A stretch of DNA of 63,861 nucleotides, filler included, from Reticulomyxa filosa (lineage: Eukaryota > Protista > Foraminifera), in assembly GCA_000512085.1 (NCBI GenBank). It is 22 parts of 22 records of this genome, joined end to end, with 100 filler letters (N's around TTAATTAATTAA, not from the genome) between each part and the next. Parts side by side here need not be neighbours in the genome. Positions count along the whole stretch, not along the records: positions 23,301 to 31,741 come from ASPP01000658.1; positions 31,842 to 38,201 come from ASPP01025762.1; 20 more parts are not named here. The stretch is one strand, 5' to 3'. The position numbers were made by a program, and so were the translations under genes. Each line of letters starts with the position of its first letter. The stretch's first letter is position 1. Shown piece after piece: positions 25,701 through 38,301 of the stretch. Under the pieces are notes generated by a model, which was not told where the DNA came from, did no database searches, and worked only from the letters and a program-made list of their open reading frames with translations.

Positions 25701-28700
25701 TTATTCAATGTCAATCATATCATGAACATTGTTTTTGTCCGCGTCAGGCATAGAAATATCACTGCCGTCATTTGCAATGGACTCATCGTCGTCAGTATCA
25801 CAAAGAGGCTCATCTGTATCCAGCTCAACAATTGCGACACGATGAAGTTTTGCGTCATCACGTTCAGTAATGCCAATTGCAATCATATTGCGTACTCCAC
25901 TGCATGCCAACTTGAGCGCATTGCAATGGACAGGCAACACTAACTTTTTCACATCATTGATACTGATCGCCATCATATTGGAGTTATTTTCGTCATCAAA
26001 CACAAACTCACTCCATTTTGTTTTGGACTCCAACCTCGTGAGATCCTCAAAGCGGAGTGCGTTCACATCGAGAACAATAAGACACGATCGCTGACTTTTG
26101 TCATCTAACAATTATCAAAGCAAAGCATCACACAATCTATTTAGTATTTGAGTCAAACAATCAATCAAACAACAAACCAACCAAAATGCAGTGAAGCGAG
26201 CAAAGCCAAGCGATTTGAGTCAACGAATTTGATTGTAGCAATTTCGAGTCCGACAAAATCCATTGCAGACGAAGGTGTGAACTTTAAGCTGCATAATTTA
26301 ATTGACGACCTATTTTTTTTGTTATATACATATACATATACATACATGTATATAAATGATAGAAACGAGGAAAGCGTATGAGCAATGGAAAAAAAAACAA
26401 CTAAACATTTTGGAAGTGACATTAAATTTTTGGACTACGGATTCGAAGACGTGGATGTCGTTACTCCAAATATCGGAGTTATGGACGACATCAGCAGCAC
26501 GATTGGAGGACGCATGATACGTGCGTGCAAGAAAGACGACGCGATAGTCGACCGAGGGAGTACTGGTAGTGGACGATTGTCGCTGCCTTTGGCATACGAA
26601 TGCAGTGCAATAATAACAATTAGATAACGAAGAAGAAGAAGAAGAAGGATTGGAAAAGAAAAAATTGGCGGGCAAGGTGGTCGTACAAATATTGTTTGGA
26701 TGAATGGAATAATGACAGGAGGAAAAAGGTAACGAATTGGAGGACGACGACAGTGTAGAGAACGTAAAGGCTCGCAATGGACATGTGTCGTCGAGTTGGA
26801 ATGTCTTTGTGATTTCGTTTGACATACTTGTGTAAAGTATGCACTGTTTCCAAAACGCTGTAGTCTCTTCCAACAAGAACGACACACCGTATTGGTCGTA
26901 TGCCTTCCACGCGCTTTCAACGCGCTCTAACCAATCGAACGTTTTCAATGGGTCTTTGTTTAGCAAATGGCCCTTCTTTATCGACTTCACTTGGAACAAA
27001 TCCAAACTGTCTTCTGGGAGTAGTCCACTGCGCAAATACAATGTCACTCGATTCTGATGTGTGTACATACTGTTGTTTTTGTCGATCACATAAGACATAC
27101 AATACAAACATAGACATGAACAAGTATTTATTGATTTGTTGACAAAACGGGCTTCAAATCCAGATCAATCGCAGCATGAATGCGATGAACATTCAATTGA
27201 TCAAAGTTGATGGCGACATTGGACGACTCTTCCGCATCTGCATGATTTCAAGTTCATTTTGTAAATGTCATGATATTATTCATGTCCCCTCTCTTTTTCT
27301 CTTTCTCTCTCTCTCGCAAACATACTACGCAAAATCAACACAATCACTAAACTATATTGTCCGGCCAAGAATATTAAATATGTGGCAAATGCTTCCAAGT
27401 TTTGTTTTGACTCTTGCATCTTTGGTTCCCAAATGCACATCATGGTGTCATCACAAGTTTGCACACACCAAATCAAACAAACACACAAAAGAGACATGCC
27501 AGGATAAGTAAAGTGTCCAATTTCAAATATAATGCGCTGACTTTTTCGATCATTGCAGTTATGTCTTTATGCTGTTTATTTATTTGAGTAATTAATGTTC
27601 TATTGTTCGAAATGAACGAAACGAAATGAAATGAAATAAAATGAAATGAAATAAAATAAACAAATAAAAAAAAAAGCAAACATTCAATCCAAGTGTTTGT
27701 ATTCGCTCAAGCCACGCCGAGTATCCCAACAACTCATTCAATCGCAACAACAACTCCTGAACACAATGGATGCCATTGGTCGTCACGATATCGACCATTT
27801 CTTCGTGGAATTGTTGCAATGTTTTTAGACCTCGTTCCATGTTATTTACATTCAAAAATTTTTGAATATATTGTAGCATTGCCGAACTGGGAGTACTATA
27901 CATGTACATTATATGTACATATATTTATTGATTTATTTGTTTGCAATTATTACGTGTAAAACACAATGAAAATACCCAGTGGACAACAAATGTTTCAATT
28001 CGAATCTCCAATCATGAGTGCAGCTATAAAACTTTTCCATTTCCGACTCCAAGGACTCGACTTTGGATTGCACATTTCGAGTGCCGTGGTTCCATCGATC
28101 TTTCAGCTGTTTGTCGATGCGACCTAATTCGTCCAGCAAAAACTCGATGCTTTGTCCCTTTGTTTGTAATGCACATGTGTCAGTGGGCGTGTGCAAGGAA
28201 ACAATGAAAAATGAAAAAGGCAATGAACATGGTGACAGAGGACAGCAATTTCATCCCGTCGAGCATTCAAAATGGGAGTGTGGATGCCTTGAATGGACCA
28301 CTGATGAGTATCTGTGTCTTCGATGACAAGTGACAGGTATCGAAAGTCGTCAGTCAAAGCGGCGTGGTCCACGCGGATCGACTGCGTTCCCAATATTTCA
28401 CACACATCGACTTTCGCAATACAAAACTGAGATAGTGCATGAAATTTTATTTGGTTATTTTCGCCGACGGTTACCAAAATAGAAAGCGATTGAATTTGAT
28501 TCCTTTTCATTGTCACACATATATGTATATGTATATATATATTACATATATATACTTATATATATATATATATTATAATATATAAACTTTTGAGACAATG
28601 GAGGAGCTTTTTTCTTCTGCATCCAATAAGACAGCTTCAAATGATTGTTATTGGATTTGAATCGAAAATCAATTTTACAATTGTTTGGGAGAGATGGAAT

Positions 28701-30029
28701 TCGATTTAACAAAATGTTTGTATTGTCTTTGTAGCGAAACGAAGTCAAGTGGGCCCCTCTTTGCTCGTGTTTCTTCTTGTCATTGGCTTTGCTGCAGTCT
28801 TTGGTATTGTGATTGTCATTGCATTTTCTGTGACTATCTTGATCAAACGTGAGGATCTCATTCCATTTTAATGTTTGTTTGTTTTCATCGTCTTTCAACA
28901 CCCAATCCGTTTTCAACGCGTTATCATTGCCATTGCTTTCATTCGTATAATTGATCAAGTTTTTCACTACTTTTTCCAGCAAATTCTTGTTTTCCGCCAT
29001 CTGACATTCAACACAACACATTTGAGACAGATGCAAGCACAAAGTCCTTCCAATCTCGCTTACCTTGAAAGAGTCTGATGGTTTTCGTAACAGAGTTGTC
29101 TTTGCGTGCACTGGCATCAGATCGCTTTATTTCATCGTCGTCGTCGTTGTTATTGTTGTTGTTAATCGCACTGTTGGCCAAATGCGAATGACACAATGAC
29201 AAAAACTCATCATTCAAATGCAAAAAGGATTTGTCCAAAGTCTTGATACTTTCAGAGTTAGTCTTGGGATGGTCTGTGATTGGCACATTGCTTTTGTCAC
29301 TGCTGTTGCTGTTGCCATGGTCATGATCGTGGTGTGTCCATGCAAGACTGTGTGTTGCTATGCTCTCATGTTTGCACGGGTCATCCAAATGAGCGTGATA
29401 CTGCACACACTGACACCAACAGATTGGAGTTTTCATATGAAAGTCAATGTGGGCCACTACACCATCATCGCGACCACTTTCCACACTAAAACATCCCATC
29501 TTTCCATTTGCCAATCCTACCCAAATCTTTGAGCCATCACAGCTCCAGCACATGCTACGCACTTTTTCAAATCGATGTCATATACACATATACACATATA
29601 TACATATATGTATATGTATATTTATTGTTCGTGTTTAAGCGAGTCCTAACAACAAGATACTATCCTTCAACGTCTTTAACACAAAACAACACTTTGTGCA
29701 CATAACAAAAAAATACCCCGAATATTGGGCTGGGATAATTCCGATTGTAAGTCAATGTTGTGCAATGTATCCCATTTGTATCTTTGGATCAATAACTGTT
29801 GAGAGCAACTAGATTCACTGCTGGACGACGCATTTGTTGACACGATCAGTGCCAACACATCTCGGTTGGGTGACCATTCCATCATCTCAATCGATTGGGC
29901 TGATGTACTCAGTGCCACGTTTCTGTCTACGCCGATACGGAACGTATTCATCTGCTCCAGCTCTCTGCTGTAGCTCTTGGCTGCAGTACCTTGTGTTGAA
30001 GAGCGCATTGTCAAAAAAGGAATTTCCAT
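25701..30029 (-). CDS. ANAPC4: Anaphase-promoting complex subunit 4, multi-exon
   Basis: N-terminal WD40 (MEWSPNRDVLAL…LLIQRYKW; MCWSCDGSKIWVGLANG) and the helical APC4 domain (ELKHLLSTG..PSSAMLQY…LLLRLNELLGYSAW..IQTLGL). Confidence 0.75.
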
Positions 30030-30201
30030 TATTTTGTATATCAGCTGCTGACGAGATTTTCTTGATTTTAATAAAAATTAAAAACTCCTTTTACTTTTGA
30101 CAAACGCAGTCTTTACGTGAAAAACATTTCATTCGCGGACAGGCATTTATTCTGGAACGTTTCACTATTTGTTCCGTGCCAATTAATACATACCTTAATT
30201 A

Positions 30202-30686
30202 CAGAGGTTGCACAAAAAACTGAACACCTTAAATGCAATATTATGAAGATTGTACATTTTTCCAAATTAAATTTTATTCTAGTGTATATTTTGTATTTTT
30301 TTTTTTGTGTTTTGAAAATCTTTTTACTTTTTTGATTATCCTTAAAAGTTTTGTACGTTTACATTTTTAAAAACAGAAAAAAAGAAAAACATTATTGTAT
30401 TTTGACATCGTCAAAATTTTAAATATTTTCTTTTTGATTGTGCTGGTGCGTCAGTTATTAAAATATTCAAGAACAAAAAGAAGCTTTCATTTATTATGAA
30501 ATAGACAATAATTTCGACGCAAATTTATTTTAATTAAAATACAAATTTCAATTTTTAGAAAGTAACAAAAAACAATTTTAAATTACAATAGCACAATAAA
30601 AAAAATTTGTTTAAATGTTGCTTTCATGAAATCTGCTACCTTCATAAAGTATCATTTTATGTGTTCAATTTTTTCTGTAATATGGT
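30202..30686. mobile_element. Putative degenerate Tc1-type MITE
   Basis: Left end TA|CAGAGGTTGCACAAAAAACTGAACAC; imperfect inverted copy GTGTTCAATTTTTTCTGTAA at 30661. The interior is AT-rich and non-coding. Confidence 0.45.
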
Positions 30687-31635
30687 CAACGTAGTCTTTT
30701 CAAACTAATGATGATAAACGAGCAATAATGAATCGAAGATTGTTTCAACAAGAATAGTACGAAAAAACAGAAATGAATATTATGCAAAGGAAATCACGCG
30801 AGCGATTCGATTATTTGTACTGTTATTCAAAGACAAGAAAGAAATTGGAATCAAGTTATATGGACGTGAACAACAAATTATGCAAAAGAAAGAATAACTG
30901 AAAAAGCACAAGAATGAGGAAGCAAATATTTTAATGAATAAAAAACCGAATTCAAAGCTATATTTAAAAGACTTTATGATTGCCTTCTTCATTCAATTTG
31001 CAAGCATATAATGGACTGAGTAAAGGTTTGAAGTTTCATCAATTTGTCTTTGTATTGAATACTTGTAATTGTTGATTATATTTAAAATCCCAAAAACGAA
31101 GATGTTGCCGTTTGATGAAGAACAAAGAACATTTTGACAATGATTATGATAACGACATGGTGACAAATTGTTCTATTTGATTAACTAATGTATCGAAGAA
31201 CAGTTATTCTCTAAACAATTATGCAAATTAAAGAAACAGACAATATCATTGATTAAAAAAATATATCACCATTCATCATTGACTAACTAAAGCAAACAGG
31301 GGTAACAGCTGAGCGAAAGGTAGTGCCAAAATAAATCTACTTATCGCGACTCGGCATCTCATTAAGATGTGCGAAAAGCACTCGCACCAGCAACGTGAGA
31401 AGAGCCTCAGGCCCCGAGCAAGAAAAGGCCACTGAATGGACTAAAAACCAATTTTTTTTTATAACAAGAATGAGATCTTATCCAAGTTAAAATGAGCACC
31501 TCGTCCCAAAAGGGACACAGTACTCTAATGAAAAACAAACAAAAAAGGAAAAGATCAATAAAACATATCAAAAATTCACACACAATTAACAACAAGTGAA
31601 AAAAAATTTTAAGTTTTAATTTAATCTTTAAAATA

Positions 31636-31741
31636 CAGTAGGCTGCAAAGAAAACTGAACGCATAAAACGATATCATATGATAAATGATTTTCTCCATAA
31701 AAAATCAACATTTAGACCTAATTTTTTTTTTAAAAAATCTA
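31636..31741 (+). mobile_element. Tc1-like terminal inverted repeat and subterminal region at a contig end
   Basis: TA|CAGTAGGCTGCAAAGAAAACTGAA, with the TA target site and CAGT terminus typical of Tc1. Confidence 0.8.
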
Positions 31742-31841
31742 NNNNNNNNNNNNNNNNNNNNNNNNNNNNNNNNNNNNNNNNNNNNTTAATTAATTAANNN
31801 NNNNNNNNNNNNNNNNNNNNNNNNNNNNNNNNNNNNNNNNN

Positions 31842-32129
31842 GATACAAGCATAATTTTTTTAAAAAAGTATCTACGTGACTTGAAAATTTCTAAAATGTA
31901 AGAAATTTTCAAATTTTTTTGTTTAATTTTAATAAAGTGCAAATGATACGCATTCTCGCAGAATTTTCAACAAAAAAAAAAGTTATTAAAAAACCAATAT
32001 CATATTTAAAAACTACAAGATTTGTAGATATTTTTTTTAAAATAAAAAAAAATTAGGTCTAAATGTTGATTTTTCATGGATAAAATCAATTATCATCATA
32101 AGGCTTTCAGTTTTCTTTGCAGCCTACTG
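31842..32129 (-). mobile_element. Tc1-like terminal inverted repeat and subterminal region at a contig start
   Basis: TTCAGTTTTCTTTGCAGCCTACTG|TA is the exact reverse complement of the 31636 TIR. About 90 nt of subterminal sequence is also shared. Confidence 0.8.
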
Positions 32130-32344
32130 TATGATATAATTTATAAATATTTTATTGTGCTTCTTCATCAAAAAGTCAATTAGCTCCATATATTAAACTT
32201 CATTTTATTCTAATGTATTTTGTAACAATTTTATCAAAGTCATCGATCCATCCTAATTTTATCTTTGAAATTCGAATCCAACATTGAATAATATATTTTA
32301 TATCATTTTTTGACTGATCGTTATTTATTATTTGTTTATTAGTT

Positions 32345-33487
32345 TCATACAATAAAATTTATTTGTGTTTCATGAAAATAAATAAAGAAATACATCATTA
32401 CTAATAGTGAAGAATCCCATATACAGACTTTAGTCTTCATGTGAGTTGATACTGTTATCTTTTTATCATTTACTCCTCCAATGATGTGTATATGATCGTC
32501 TTTTTCACTCAATATCGCAGCGCAATCACATAATGGACTGTGTAAAGCGTTTTGAAATGTCATCCATTTGTCTTCCTGGATTGAATACTTATGCACTGAT
32601 TTTGAAATAACGTTACCATTCTGACTACATCCACCAAAGAACAAGATGATATTATTGGTACACACATATGCATATCTATATAATGGTCCAATATCATCAC
32701 AAACATTTAGTTGATGAAATTGAAAATTGTTGTCATCTTCATTATATTCAATTGACAATCCCTTAAATCTACAAAACAACATCATTTGATAAATTTGTTT
32801 ATTTTTTTCTTCATTTGTTTTCATCATTTCTTTTCTTTGTCTATTTTCTGAATTTGATATAAAGCAATGATAGTCAATATAATTATCAGTTGGTAAGGTA
32901 TCATGTTGAATAAATTGAAACGTATTCAAATCAAACACACTAATATTATTTCTTGGATAAGTGATAAATAGCAAATGATTGTTACTTCCACCAATCACTG
33001 CACGTGCTCCAAGATAAGAATCAAAATATCTCCCAATGATAATTGGATGATTGCGATTATTTGTGAAAGGGACCCATTGATTGCAGTTGTTTAAATTGCT
33101 TGATATATCATTCCAAACACTTACATATTTCATCGCCAATGCATGTTTATTTGATCCACCAAAAGACAACAAAGTAACTTGATTGCTGTTTTTGTTGTTT
33201 TTATCTACCAGTTTCACTACGCAGTGTCCTTCTAATCTAATATGAATTGGATACTCACAGATGAATTTGTATTCGTTTTTGAGTGTATGATAAGAATAAC
33301 AAGCCCTTTGATATATACCTCCACAAATGAGGAGTTCGTGTTTGTATAGCACACATTGAGGGTCAGAAAGTGAAGTAGGCAACTCCTTCAAACTTTGAAA
33401 TGAAGTTGAAGTAATAAGATGTTGACTTTGTTCAGTTTGCTCAGTTTGTATTTTAGGAGATTTTTGTGCTGCAGTTCGATTACCCAT
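32345..33487 (-). CDS. Kelch-repeat beta-propeller protein
   Basis: Long ORF with likely start MGNRTAAQ (ATG 33487) and Kelch blades HELLICGG, LLSFGG, IILFFGG…KYSIQEDKW and IHIIGG. The last codons may be intronic. Confidence 0.88.
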   Translation of the reverse strand: MGNRTAAQKSPKIQTEQTEQSQHLITSTSFQSLKELPTSLSDPQCVLYKHELLICGGIYQRACYSYHTLKNEYKFICEYPIHIRLEGHCVVKLVDKNNKNSNQVTLLSFGGSNKHALAMKYVSVWNDISSNLNNCNQWVPFTNNRNHPIIIGRYFDSYLGARAVIGGSNNHLLFITYPRNNISVFDLNTFQFIQHDTLPTDNYIDYHCFISNSENRQRKEMMKTNEEKNKQIYQMMLFCRFKGLSIEYNEDDNNFQFHQLNVCDDIGPLYRYAYVCTNNIILFFGGCSQNGNVISKSVHKYSIQEDKWMTFQNALHSPLCDCAAILSEKDDHIHIIGGVNDKKITVSTHMKTKVCIWDSSLLVMMYFFIYFHETQINFIV

Positions 33488-34879
33488 GTTAATGCTACTG
33501 AATTTTACGTAGTGTTCAAGAAGGGGATGTGACACGACTCTTGAAAATACAAAAAGAATATTTACATGGCAATAAATTATTCAAACGAAAATTAGTTTTT
33601 AAATAAAATTTAAATTAATATTAAAAGTTGAATTGATTCAATATAACTTTAGATTTATCAAACCTAGATAAATAATCAACACATCATCTATAAAAATCAT
33701 TAAGCTGGAGTATTTTATCATATCCATTTTTCATTTCAATTAAATCAGTCGTACTGAAATTTATATGATATTAAGGATGTCAAATGGATATGGCATATCT
33801 TTAACGAGAGTTAGTTGTTTTTTCTCGCTTTGAAACAGTATTACAGAAGATAATGAAAGTAAATGACTGAAACACTTCTTGATTGATGCCAATAGTAGAT
33901 ATTGGAAAAAGAATAGTATTTGATTTAATTAGCATGAGATTCCGAAGTTTGAAATTTGTCGTTGTAACAGAAGAAATACTTGAACAAATAAATACTCAAC
34001 TTCTTTGATCAAAAATGTTTTAAGCAAATATTACAAACTATAAAAAAATAAAAAATCTAATTCAAAAAAATTTTATTTTGTCATCACAACATTTCTTAAC
34101 ATTAATAGTTTTTTGATGCATTTATTCAGCTAATTTTTGTTATTCGTTTCGATTGTAAATTTTCTTATGTTTCTCTTTTTCTACAGCATGTATCAAATTT
34201 AATTTAATTAATAAGTATTGCTTATCGTTGAATGCTTGTCCAAGTTATCATTTTAGCTCCAACAATTTATTAATAAACAAGAGGAGTAACAACGAAAGAT
34301 ATTAATCGAATAGTAATGAATTAATAACGTTGAAATTTTACGTCAAAAAAAGTGAATGTGTATAATTCGTCAATGGTTATATGTGAGGAATGCAATATGG
34401 AATAAGCTTCTATTTTGAACAAATTGTGGTAATTTAGAGCAAAACAACAAAGAAATAAGTTAAAAGGGGTCGACGTAAAGTTTGCGAAAAAGGATTTCAA
34501 AGTTCTCTTGGAACTTTGATTCGAAACCAAAATGAGGAAAGTATGCAACAAATCACTGGTCAGATTGCACAAAATTGTGTATTCACTGCAAATATACCCG
34601 TTTTTGTTAGAGACATTCATTCATGCAGTTCAAAGCATTTTTTTTTCTTGCAAAGGAACATAATTTTGACTTGGGAACGAGTAGAACGAGTTTTTGGAAA
34701 GTATGAAGGGCCACACTGTCCTCTCCAATTAGGTGAATTATTGTTAAAAAAAAGCAAAAAAAAAAATAATGGACCTTTGGTAAACTTTTTTAGTGAGTAC
34801 CAAAAAGGTTTCCATAACAATTTGATTAAACTAGTCTTACTTTTTTTTCCCTTTACTTTTAAAAAAATTACTAGTTATT

Positions 34880-35946
34880 TCAGATGACTTGACCAGTTGG
34901 TGCGATATCAATCTCACGAATGCACACTCTTCTAGGAAGCTTGTAAACATACAAACATGCGTCAGCAATATCGTCAGCCTGCAAAGGACCATCCGACAAA
35001 CTTTTTTTGATATTTGTGAAAGCGTCATAAATTTCTTTTTTATCCTTATTTCTTTCGAGTGCTTCCGTCTATGTTTTTTTTTTTTTTTTTTCAGTCATTA
35101 AGTTTGACACTACCTTAGGAAAAAAAAAAAATCAATAACCCCAATTTAAATACGTACATTTGCAAATCGACAAACAAATCAAAAAAAATTTAAAAAACCA
35201 AAACATTTTTAACTTCAACAAGGCCCGGACTAATAGTAGTAACCCTGACACCACTCGTAGCAACCTCAGCACGTACACCTTCACTAATCGCATTAACAGC
35301 TGCTTTAGTTGCACAGTACACAGTTCCTTCGGTAAGATTTTTCTTCCCTGCTTCTGATGATATATTGATTATCGTCCCGCTTTTACGTTCTTTCATCCCT
35401 TTTAATACACTCTTGATGCCGTTCAATACACCATATACCTTTTTTTTTTTTAATGCCAAAGTGCAACCAACAAGAAAAAATTTTCAACTAAAAAAAAAAA
35501 AAAAGTAACAAAAAAAATTTTTAACATTGGTTTGTATCATTATATTCCATTCTTCCAGTTTTTGTTCGTCCTGTATAATGTGTGTGTGTTTTTTTTTTTT
35601 TGTATGTATGTGCTAGTGTTGCCTTGATGTATAAAAAAAAAAGTACCACTGAGCCAGCTAAAAATACTCCGGCGTTGTTGATTAAGCAATCACATGGACC
35701 ATATGCTTTTTCTGCTTTTTCCAAGGCTGCGTGTATCTCATCGTACTTTGTCACGTCCACTTTTGCAACTAGGACGTCCTTCAATTTTCCAAATTCTTTC
35801 TCCATTCGCTCCGCTCTGCGAGCCAGCAACAGCAAAGGGTGACCCTCTTTGTGAAAGTGTCTTGCACATACTTCCCCGATACCGGAAGAAGCACCTGTAA
35901 TGACAACTAAGGGCTTCCCGTGTTTTATTTCAGTTGCATGTGCCAT
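34880..35946 (-). CDS. Classical NADP(H)-dependent short-chain dehydrogenase/reductase, 4 exons
   Basis: VVITGASSGIG, ARR, INNAG, IINISS, catalytic YCATK and ISPGLVE. The last exon reads LQADDIADACLYVYKLPRRVCIREIDIAPTGQVI* and has one frameshift in an A-run near 35040. Confidence 0.92.
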
Positions 35947-37299
35947 GATCGAAGAGTGATTTGTTAAAGTAGCAAGCAAAACAAATTAAAAACAAGTTAA
36001 ACACAGTGCTTACAACAGAAGAGTTTTCTTGTCGAAAGGTACCCTCCCTATGTTTTGTGACGTTTTCAGCTTGAACAACTCTTTCAGGAAAGGTCTACGC
36101 TTATAAAATTATCAGTGGATTTTTTATTGATCCAGTAAATAATAAGCGGAAGAAAAATATTCTGTTTGCATTTTTACTAATATGCTGCTATCATTGTTTT
36201 CACTAAACGAGGAATGTTTGGTCGAATCCAACAACAAACAATAGCATCTTACTTCGTTCTTAAGAAAAGAGGTTGATCTTTATTTTTTTCAAATGAACAA
36301 ATAATCGATTGTGAGTGTAACAAAAAGAACAAGTTGTTTAAAGCGTTGACAAACAAGTAATTCAAATTTATCACATTTCTTTGTCTAATTTTTTTAAATA
36401 CTTTTACCCGTGCCAACAATTTTAAAAAGGCTCAACAAATTAAGCAGAGATTTCACTGCAAGGCGTAATTTTCGTATTACACTTTGCCAATCTTAAAGTA
36501 GCAGTTAACACCACTCACAAGGTGCACTCATCTCTTTACGTTGTTAGCTAATGTACAAGCCACCCTAGTTTATCAGATTTTGACAAGCTTTGCTTTGCGG
36601 TTTTGTTTATCGAACTTTTCGATGACGTGTTAAATCTTCGACAAAAAAATGTTTTCATAACAAACAAGATTCTGACCTCAAAAAGCTCAAAAAATAAACC
36701 AGTAAAACGCTTCATGTGAATGTAACCTAGCTTTTTTATCTTGTTCTTTGCTTGGTCGTGTAGTTGATTGCAAAAAGATCAGTTGATAATTTTGTTTATT
36801 TTAATTAACCTTTAAAACCAAAAAAATAATATGGAAGTCAATTATACCCCGCAATCTTGTATGTTAAAAATTTATTAGTTTGACACTTTCATTGATATTT
36901 GCTATCAATTTTCCAAACAAAAAAAAGCATAAATATTGGAAATTTGCCAATAAGATTAGTTATTTCTTTTGATCTTTCATAAGTGCCAATGCATTTATAA
37001 GTAGCAAAAAGCATAAAGTATTCGCACATTGCAGTAGTCACTTATCTAATCTGTTAATATTTGGGCTGTTTCACCTTTAACATACTCAGGAATTGAATTA
37101 GAAAGATGAATATATAATTTGTGTGATATGTTAGTGTTGAAAAACGCTTTTGAACACCTTTTCAAAACTTCCAACTTTGCTTGCCACTTCAACTAGGCAA
37201 CAGCGGCCCGTTTTAGTTTATTTTGTCTGAGTTCAAGTTGCAGCTATTAATCCATAAAAAATAAATACATTTGAACAAAAAAGTTCAAAAATGCTTTTA

Positions 37300-37480
37300 C
37301 AGTATATTGCAAAAAAAACTGCCATACCTAAATAGCATTCTATGAAGAGAATCGATTTTCTCCATGAAAAAAATCTCTACTAATCTTGTAGTTTTTAAAT
37401 ATTAAATTTTTTTCTTTTTTTGCTAATTTTCTTTATTGTTGATATTTTTAATTGACATTTCAAAATTTTGATATTTAAAT
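37300..37480 (+). mobile_element. Diverged copy of the Tc1-like element end
   Basis: TA|CAGTATATTGCAAAAAAAACTG, followed by gattttctccatgaaaaaaat and aatcttgtagtttttaaat, both shared with the 31636 and 32129 copies. Confidence 0.65.
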
Positions 37481-38301
37481 GGTGAAACATTTGATTGCTT
37501 TTAAGAAAGGAGTTGCTGTTGTTGTAAGAAAGTTGTTTTCTATGTTATACATTAACTTCCCTTTACATTGTTAGGGCCATGCCCTTACATTCCCCTCTTT
37601 GCCTCATCCAAGCAATGATATTGTGAATATATTCTTCTTACTTGCTGCATCTTCTTTGAGTAAATCTTTATTTTGCAAGTTTCACTTGCGAACTCAGACG
37701 TTCCAGTTTCATTTAAATCATTTATTGGTTCCAATAGATATTGTTCTTGTTCTATTAACGCTTCTGATTCTTTTTGTCCATATTTTTAGTGCAATTTTCG
37801 TAATTTCGACAAATGAACTATTTTTTCAAACCAATTATTACTTCTTGTCTTGACATTGACTGGACCAATACATTTTAAGGTCCAACAAATTTAAGTAATA
37901 GTTTTATTTATTTCCAACTATCTGATCATCAACGAAAAGATACTTAATCTCCAATTTTGAACTTGTCTTTGTGTTTACTCTTGTCTTCAATCGTTTTCTT
38001 TTTGCATCATACAAATTGTATACTCATATTGCGGCATCCATCATAATTTGCAACTGCTTTTGCTTAGTACATTTGTACTCCTGCAACGACTAATACTCAT
38101 TGTCTGTTTTTTTCTAACAACTCTAGTTTTGTATCTATTATCAAATAAAACTTTTCACCATATACTAATTCATTAGGGCTTACAATTGACATTTTTTTTT
38201 TNNNNNNNNNNNNNNNNNNNNNNNNNNNNNNNNNNNNNNNNNNNNTTAATTAATTAANNNNNNNNNNNNNNNNNNNNNNNNNNNNNNNNNNNNNNNNNNN
38301 N

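Noticed and set aside
31636-32129. One intact ~500-bp TIR element spanning the gap
   Set aside because: The two TIRs are on different contigs separated by an artificial spacer, so element length and pairing cannot be inferred.
34889-35101. Plus-strand ORF read as a separate gene
   Set aside because: It is antisense to the last exon of the SDR.
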